Shown here piece by piece: positions 59,733-64,000 of a stretch of DNA of 64,000 nt. A model generated the notes under the pieces. It searched no databases and was not told where the DNA came from. It was given only the letters and a program-made list of their open reading frames with translations. Position 1 is the stretch's first letter, and each line of letters starts with the position of its first letter. Origin of the DNA: Bacillota bacterium (GTDB lineage: Bacteria > Bacillota > Ch66 > Ch109); assembly GCA_050952625.1 (NCBI GenBank), contig JBMNLH010000001.1:768001-832000 (forward strand), in the 5' to 3' direction. A program made the position numbers and the translations under genes.

Positions 59733-60293
59733 ATGAGCATTGAAGCAACCGGCAGTGGAGTGCCGCCTTGGCTGATTAATTCTAATTCAAGTACCGCAAA
59801 CACCGAGAAAACCGGAACTGAACAGGCGGTAATGGGAAAAGATGCCTTCCTTAAAATTCTGCTAACTCAATTAAGGTATCAAAACCCATTAGAGCCAGTT
59901 AAAGATACTGATTTTATCGCTCAGATGGCTCAATTTAGTTCTTTGGAACAGATGCAGAATATGAACAAAAACCTGGAAGCTGCTTTGCAAACCTTGAGTT
60001 TGTGGCAGGAAAACTCCTTTCTGAATTCACAAATTAGTTGTGCCCTTGATTTGGTTGGCCGTGAAATTGAGTATCGTTCTGGTGAGGAATACAAGACCGG
60101 TACAGTTGAGGCAATTAGGGTAAACGGGGGAATTCCCCGATTAGTGGTTAATGATGAGGAAGTATATCTAGAAATGGTTGCCGGTATTAAACAGGCGGAA
60201 ATTCAGGCGGAAATTAAAGAGGGAGCAACGGAGGATGAACAATCGGATTCTTTACCCACAACCGATCCAACCGATCCAACCGAAGCCGCTTAA
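59733..60293 (+). CDS. flgD: Hook capping protein
   Basis: MGKDAFLKILLTQL.YQNPLEP, FIAQMAQFSSLEQM. Confidence 0.94.
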   Translation: MSIEATGSGVPPWLINSNSSTANTEKTGTEQAVMGKDAFLKILLTQLRYQNPLEPVKDTDFIAQMAQFSSLEQMQNMNKNLEAALQTLSLWQENSFLNSQISCALDLVGREIEYRSGEEYKTGTVEAIRVNGGIPRLVVNDEEVYLEMVAGIKQAEIQAEIKEGATEDEQSDSLPTTDPTDPTEAA

Positions 60294-60630
60294 CCAGCCG
60301 GTAAAGGGTCAGAATGAGAATACGCATGGAACCGCTCCTAGTAATTCGTTTCAAAATGTGCTCAATGATCAACTCAGGACAATCAAGTTTTCCCATCATG
60401 CACGGCAGCGGTTGCAAGCCCGTAAAATCTCGCTGAGTGGGGCTGAACTTAAACGGCTGGAGGAAGGAGTAGCCAAAGCGGCCCAGAAAGGAGCAAGAGA
60501 CTCTCTGGTGTTAATGGATAAATTAGCCCTGGTAGTCAGTGTCAAAAATCGGACCGTGATCACGGCGGTGGATGAAACTAGCCTGAAGGAAAATGTGTTT
60601 ACCAATATTGATAGTGCGGTAATTGTCTGA
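60235..60630 (+). CDS. TIGR02530 family flagellar operon protein
   Basis: FSHHARQRL..R.I, KGARDSLVL, VVSVKNRTVITA, NVFTNIDSAVI. Confidence 0.9.
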   Translation: MNNRILYPQPIQPIQPKPLNQPVKGQNENTHGTAPSNSFQNVLNDQLRTIKFSHHARQRLQARKISLSGAELKRLEEGVAKAAQKGARDSLVLMDKLALVVSVKNRTVITAVDETSLKENVFTNIDSAVIV

Positions 60631-60677
60631 AGTTTAGCGGATGTTTCGAAGTATTAGTAGTATTAGTAGTTAGAAAT

Positions 60678-60730
60678 GGGCTGGACCTCTAGGAGGGGGC
60701 CCCTAAGCCGCGGAACAACTGAGGCGGCTT
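60678..60730 (+). promoter_or_regulatory. Two-hairpin structured leader directly upstream of the flgE SD
   Basis: GGGC..CCTCT/AGGGG-GCCC and AAGCCGC/GCGGCTT; GC-rich within an AT-rich spacer; no U tail. Confidence 0.55.
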
Positions 60731-60761
60731 GAATTTGGCGATAAAGGAGGTCGATTGATAG

Positions 60762-62315
60762 ATGATGCGTTCCATGTTTGCCGGAGTCACCGGCCTGCGA
60801 AATCACCAACTCCGGCTGGACGTAATCGGGGCAAATATTGCCAACGTGAATACCACGGGTTATAAACGGAGCCGGGTCACTTTTCAGGATGCGTTGTATC
60901 AGCAAATACGGGGTGCCTCCCGGCCGCAGGATAACCGGGGCGGGACCAACTCGATGCAGGTCGGGTTAGGGATGAACGTGGGGACCGTCGATATCATTCA
61001 TACCGGCGGCAGTTCGCAGCCGACCGATAAGATTACCGATCTGTGTATCCAGGGCGAGGGTTTTTTTATTACCAATGATGGGGGACGTAATGTCTATACC
61101 CGGGCCGGCACTTTTGATTTTGACGTCAGCGGGAATTATTATAATACCGCTAACGGTCAGCGGGTCATGGGATACATGGCCGATGTGGAAACCGGGGAGA
61201 TTAATTACTCGACCTTAGTGCCGATTGACATCTCCGGACATAGAAGTGTTCCACCCAAAGCCACGGCAAATGTTGAACTGACTGGCAATGTCGATTTAAG
61301 TCACCCGGTCAACCAGTTACCCAAATCAATCACCAAAACGGTCTTTGACTCGCTGGGAGCAGAACACGAATTAAAATTTGATTTTGATAAGGATAATGTG
61401 AATCTAACGGGTAATCTGGATAGAACAACCGGTGACCCTGCTCAGGTATCTGTACCTGTTTGGAATTCTGCGGGTGTTGACGAATCCGTAACCATTGACT
61501 TCGCACTGGTGGGGGGATCAGACAGCCAATGGGTCGCAACTATAACATATCCTGACTCAACGACAACAAATATCACTATTGATTTCAACAACCTGGAGCG
61601 ATTTAGCCTCCCAGTTGAAGTTAGTGGTGAGACGGTTAACGTCACCTTTGACCCAACTAACCTTACCCAGACTATCAGTGGCGGTACCAGTAGCGTAACC
61701 GGATCGGAACACCATGGCCCGGGGGTCTGGAATATTACGACGTACTTTGATGGAGTTGCCCCGGCAGCCCCGACATCCTCTAACCCGATCCAGTTTGACA
61801 GCAAAGGCCAAATAATTGATCCCTTAAATATTACGGTGCAGGCCACTGGTTTAGCCAACAAAGCGGATGATATGAACATTGCAGTTGATTTAAGCCAACT
61901 GACCCAGTACGAAGCGGAATGGACCGCCTGGCCGGAGACTCAGGATGGTTACGCATCGGGAGATCTGCGGAGTTTTACAATCGATATTACCGGGACAATC
62001 ATGGGGAGCTACTCCAATGGGGAGACCAAAGCCCTGGGCCAGGTAGCCTTAGCCACTTTTCAAAATCCAGCCGGCCTGTTGCCGTTAGGGCAAAACCAAT
62101 TTGATGAATCAGCTAACTCAGGCCCCCCGGATATTGGCGAACCTGGAGTAAAAGCGCGCGGGACGATTATTCCCAGTTCTTTAGAGATGTCCAATGTCGA
62201 TCTTTCGCAGGAGTTTACCGACATGATTACCACGCAGCGGGGATTCCAAGCCAATTCCCGGATCATTACGGCCTCAGATGAGATGTTGCAGGAATTAGTT
62301 AATTTAAAACGTTGA
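60762..62315 (+). CDS. flgE: Flagellar hook protein
   Basis: MMRSMFAGVTGL, IGANIANVNT.GYK, YTRAG.F, LEMSNVDLSQEFTDMI..QRGFQANSR. Confidence 0.95.
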   Translation: MMRSMFAGVTGLRNHQLRLDVIGANIANVNTTGYKRSRVTFQDALYQQIRGASRPQDNRGGTNSMQVGLGMNVGTVDIIHTGGSSQPTDKITDLCIQGEGFFITNDGGRNVYTRAGTFDFDVSGNYYNTANGQRVMGYMADVETGEINYSTLVPIDISGHRSVPPKATANVELTGNVDLSHPVNQLPKSITKTVFDSLGAEHELKFDFDKDNVNLTGNLDRTTGDPAQVSVPVWNSAGVDESVTIDFALVGGSDSQWVATITYPDSTTTNITIDFNNLERFSLPVEVSGETVNVTFDPTNLTQTISGGTSSVTGSEHHGPGVWNITTYFDGVAPAAPTSSNPIQFDSKGQIIDPLNITVQATGLANKADDMNIAVDLSQLTQYEAEWTAWPETQDGYASGDLRSFTIDITGTIMGSYSNGETKALGQVALATFQNPAGLLPLGQNQFDESANSGPPDIGEPGVKARGTIIPSSLEMSNVDLSQEFTDMITTQRGFQANSRIITASDEMLQELVNLKR

Positions 62316-62435
62316 TTTAGTCTTTATTCTATCTAACTAAAAGCATATAAGCTAGGAAGCGCATAACGGCGATGAGCCGTGGCGGTCCAGCTCGACCGGC
62401 ATGGCTCATCACCCCACACGAGTGGAGGAGTATTC

Positions 62436-62633
62436 TTGATCAAGGTAACTAGGCTGAATGGTACTGAATTGGTGATAAATAGTGATTTAATTGAGTCAAT
62501 GGAGCAAACGCCAGACACGGTGATTACCTTGACTAATGGGCATAGGCTGGTGGTTAAGGAAAGCGTTGACGAGTTGATCAATCGGGTTGTTCAATTTAGG
62601 CAGGCTTGTTTGAAACATGTGTTAATTCGGTAA
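62436..62633 (+). CDS. flbD: FlbD/SwrD family flagellar protein
   Basis: IKVTRLNG...INSDLIE..EQTPDTVITL; SD GGAGGAG and TTG start. Confidence 0.9.
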   Translation: MIKVTRLNGTELVINSDLIESMEQTPDTVITLTNGHRLVVKESVDELINRVVQFRQACLKHVLIR

Positions 62634-62720
62634 TTTGGAGTCTTGATTCAGGTAAAAATGGCTATTGGCGAGATAGGTTGGAACCGGCAAGACATTGAGG
62701 AAATTGAGGAGGAGTAAAGG

Positions 62721-63185
62721 TTGGCCGAGGAGCAGGTGAAAAAGAGTGGACTATTTGATCTAAAATTGGTAGCATTAGGTTTAGTGCTATTCATTTTAGG
62801 TGGTGCTCTGACTTTTGGGCTATCAGTTATTCTTTTTGGGGACGATTCAACTCTAGCTAATAAAGGGCCTGAAGAGGTTATCCATGGACCTCTGGTTGAG
62901 GTGGGAGAGTTTACCGTCAATATTGCGAATCCTGAAGGAAAACGCTTCTTAAAAACCGAGATCCATCTGGAAGTTAAGAACGCGGAAGTTCAAAAGTTAA
63001 TCGAGCCGAAAAAGCCAATTATTCGGGATAAGATTTTAACGGTTTTATCCAGCAAAACCATTACTGATCTCGAAGTTTATAATCGGGATAATTTAAAACA
63101 AGAATTACTCAATCAAGTGAACAGCGTTTTGGGGGGAGAAAAACCAGTTCAAAACATTTATTTTGATACATTTATCATGCAATAA
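62721..63185 (+). CDS. fliL: Flagellar basal body protein
   Basis: N-terminal TM, FTVNIA, PIIRDKIL, NIYFDTFIMQ. Confidence 0.92.
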   Translation: MAEEQVKKSGLFDLKLVALGLVLFILGGALTFGLSVILFGDDSTLANKGPEEVIHGPLVEVGEFTVNIANPEGKRFLKTEIHLEVKNAEVQKLIEPKKPIIRDKILTVLSSKTITDLEVYNRDNLKQELLNQVNSVLGGEKPVQNIYFDTFIMQ

Positions 63186-63393
63186 CAATTTTAATACAAT
63201 TTTAGTAAAATCATACGGCTTAAAACCTATCTATACCACACCATGCTAGTAGGAACGTTTTGCCAAAACTAATTATCGGCAAGGATTTATATTTAATTAA
63301 TTTTTATAGGAAAACAACAAAAGTATCTGATAAATTCTTTGCAGTCGAGCAAAAAGGAATTTAACGTTTTTGTTTATAAGAGGGGGTAGGCGG

Positions 63394-64000
63394 TTGAGTG
63401 AGGTCTTATCACAATCAGAAATAGATGCATTACTGGCTGCCTTGACTTCTGGATCGGTCAATGTAGAAGATCTAAAAGAAGAGGAAAAAAAGAAAAAGGT
63501 TCGGGTTTATGACTTTAAGCGGCCAAATAAGTTTTCTAAAGATCAGTTAAATACCTTAAGTAATATCTATGAAAACTACTGTCGGGCCTTAAATACACAT
63601 TTATCAGCTTTACTCCGAACAATAGTTCAGGTAAATCTTATGTCTGTCGAACAGTTAACCTATGATGAATTTACCCGCTCAATCCCCGATCCATCGATCA
63701 TTAATATTATTAGCTTAAATCCCCTGCCAGGGAACGCAATCATGGAGATTAATCCTAATATTAGTTTTATTATGCTTGATCGATTATTAGGGGGAATAGG
63801 GCAGGGACTTGAAAGCCTTCGAACATTAACGGAAATTGAGCGGACAGTTATGGAATTGCTCGGTCAAAAAATGGTGAATTTGTTTCGTGAGGCTTGGTCA
63901 ACCATTATTTCTTTATCCCCACGGATTGAGTTTATAGAAAATAACCCGCAGTTCGCGCAAATAACCTCAGCGACTGAAATGGTAGTCTTAATTTCTCTCG
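63394..64000 (+). CDS. fliM: Motor switch protein FliM (truncated by window)
   Basis: TTG start, MSEVLSQSEIDALL, YDFKRPNKFSKDQL. Confidence 0.94.
   Translation, partial: MSEVLSQSEIDALLAALTSGSVNVEDLKEEEKKKKVRVYDFKRPNKFSKDQLNTLSNIYENYCRALNTHLSALLRTIVQVNLMSVEQLTYDEFTRSIPDPSIINIISLNPLPGNAIMEINPNISFIMLDRLLGGIGQGLESLRTLTEIERTVMELLGQKMVNLFREAWSTIISLSPRIEFIENNPQFAQITSATEMVVLISL

Noticed and set aside
62633-62721. Absence of motA/motB between flbD and fliL
   Set aside because: Matches the B. subtilis-type order; stator genes are often encoded elsewhere

Overview
Mostly core chromosome of an endospore-forming, flagellated Firmicute (Clostridia-like; spoVS, codY, SigH-type promoters). Almost all genes are on the + strand. 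Order: pta(3' end)-ackA-DUF177-rpmF-plsX-acpP-rnc-radical SAM-spoVS-birA-smc, two GH57 enzymes, ftsY, an MTA/5'-deoxyadenosine salvage cluster (mtnP, mtnA, class II aldolase, mtaD), a ~9 kb accessory Na+-bioenergetics island, ylxM-ffh-rpsP-khpA-rimM-trmD-SPOUT-rplS-ylqF-rnhB-ylqG/ylqH-yraN-comM-DUF4870-dprA-topA-trmFO-xerC-hslV-hslU-codY, then a c-di-GMP-I riboswitch and the flagellar operon flgB to fliM (truncated). The island carries two oadB-like genes with tiny oadG-like partners but no alpha or biotin-carrier subunit, a membrane pyrophosphatase, a frameshifted DUF2294/MpsC gene and a Usp. The most interesting signal is a homologous structured leader plus terminator in front of both oadB units, with a related terminator before the pyrophosphatase (candidate ion-sensing riboswitch regulon). 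Other highlights: a two-hairpin GGA-rich leader between the TIGR02530 gene and flgE, a nested domain duplication in FlgE, an ACG at the expected ffh start, and a small palindromic dispersed repeat. All calls come from reading the sequence and recalled family motifs; no searches or folding programs were run. Two single-base frameshifts in short homopolymers suggest some anomalies could be assembly errors.
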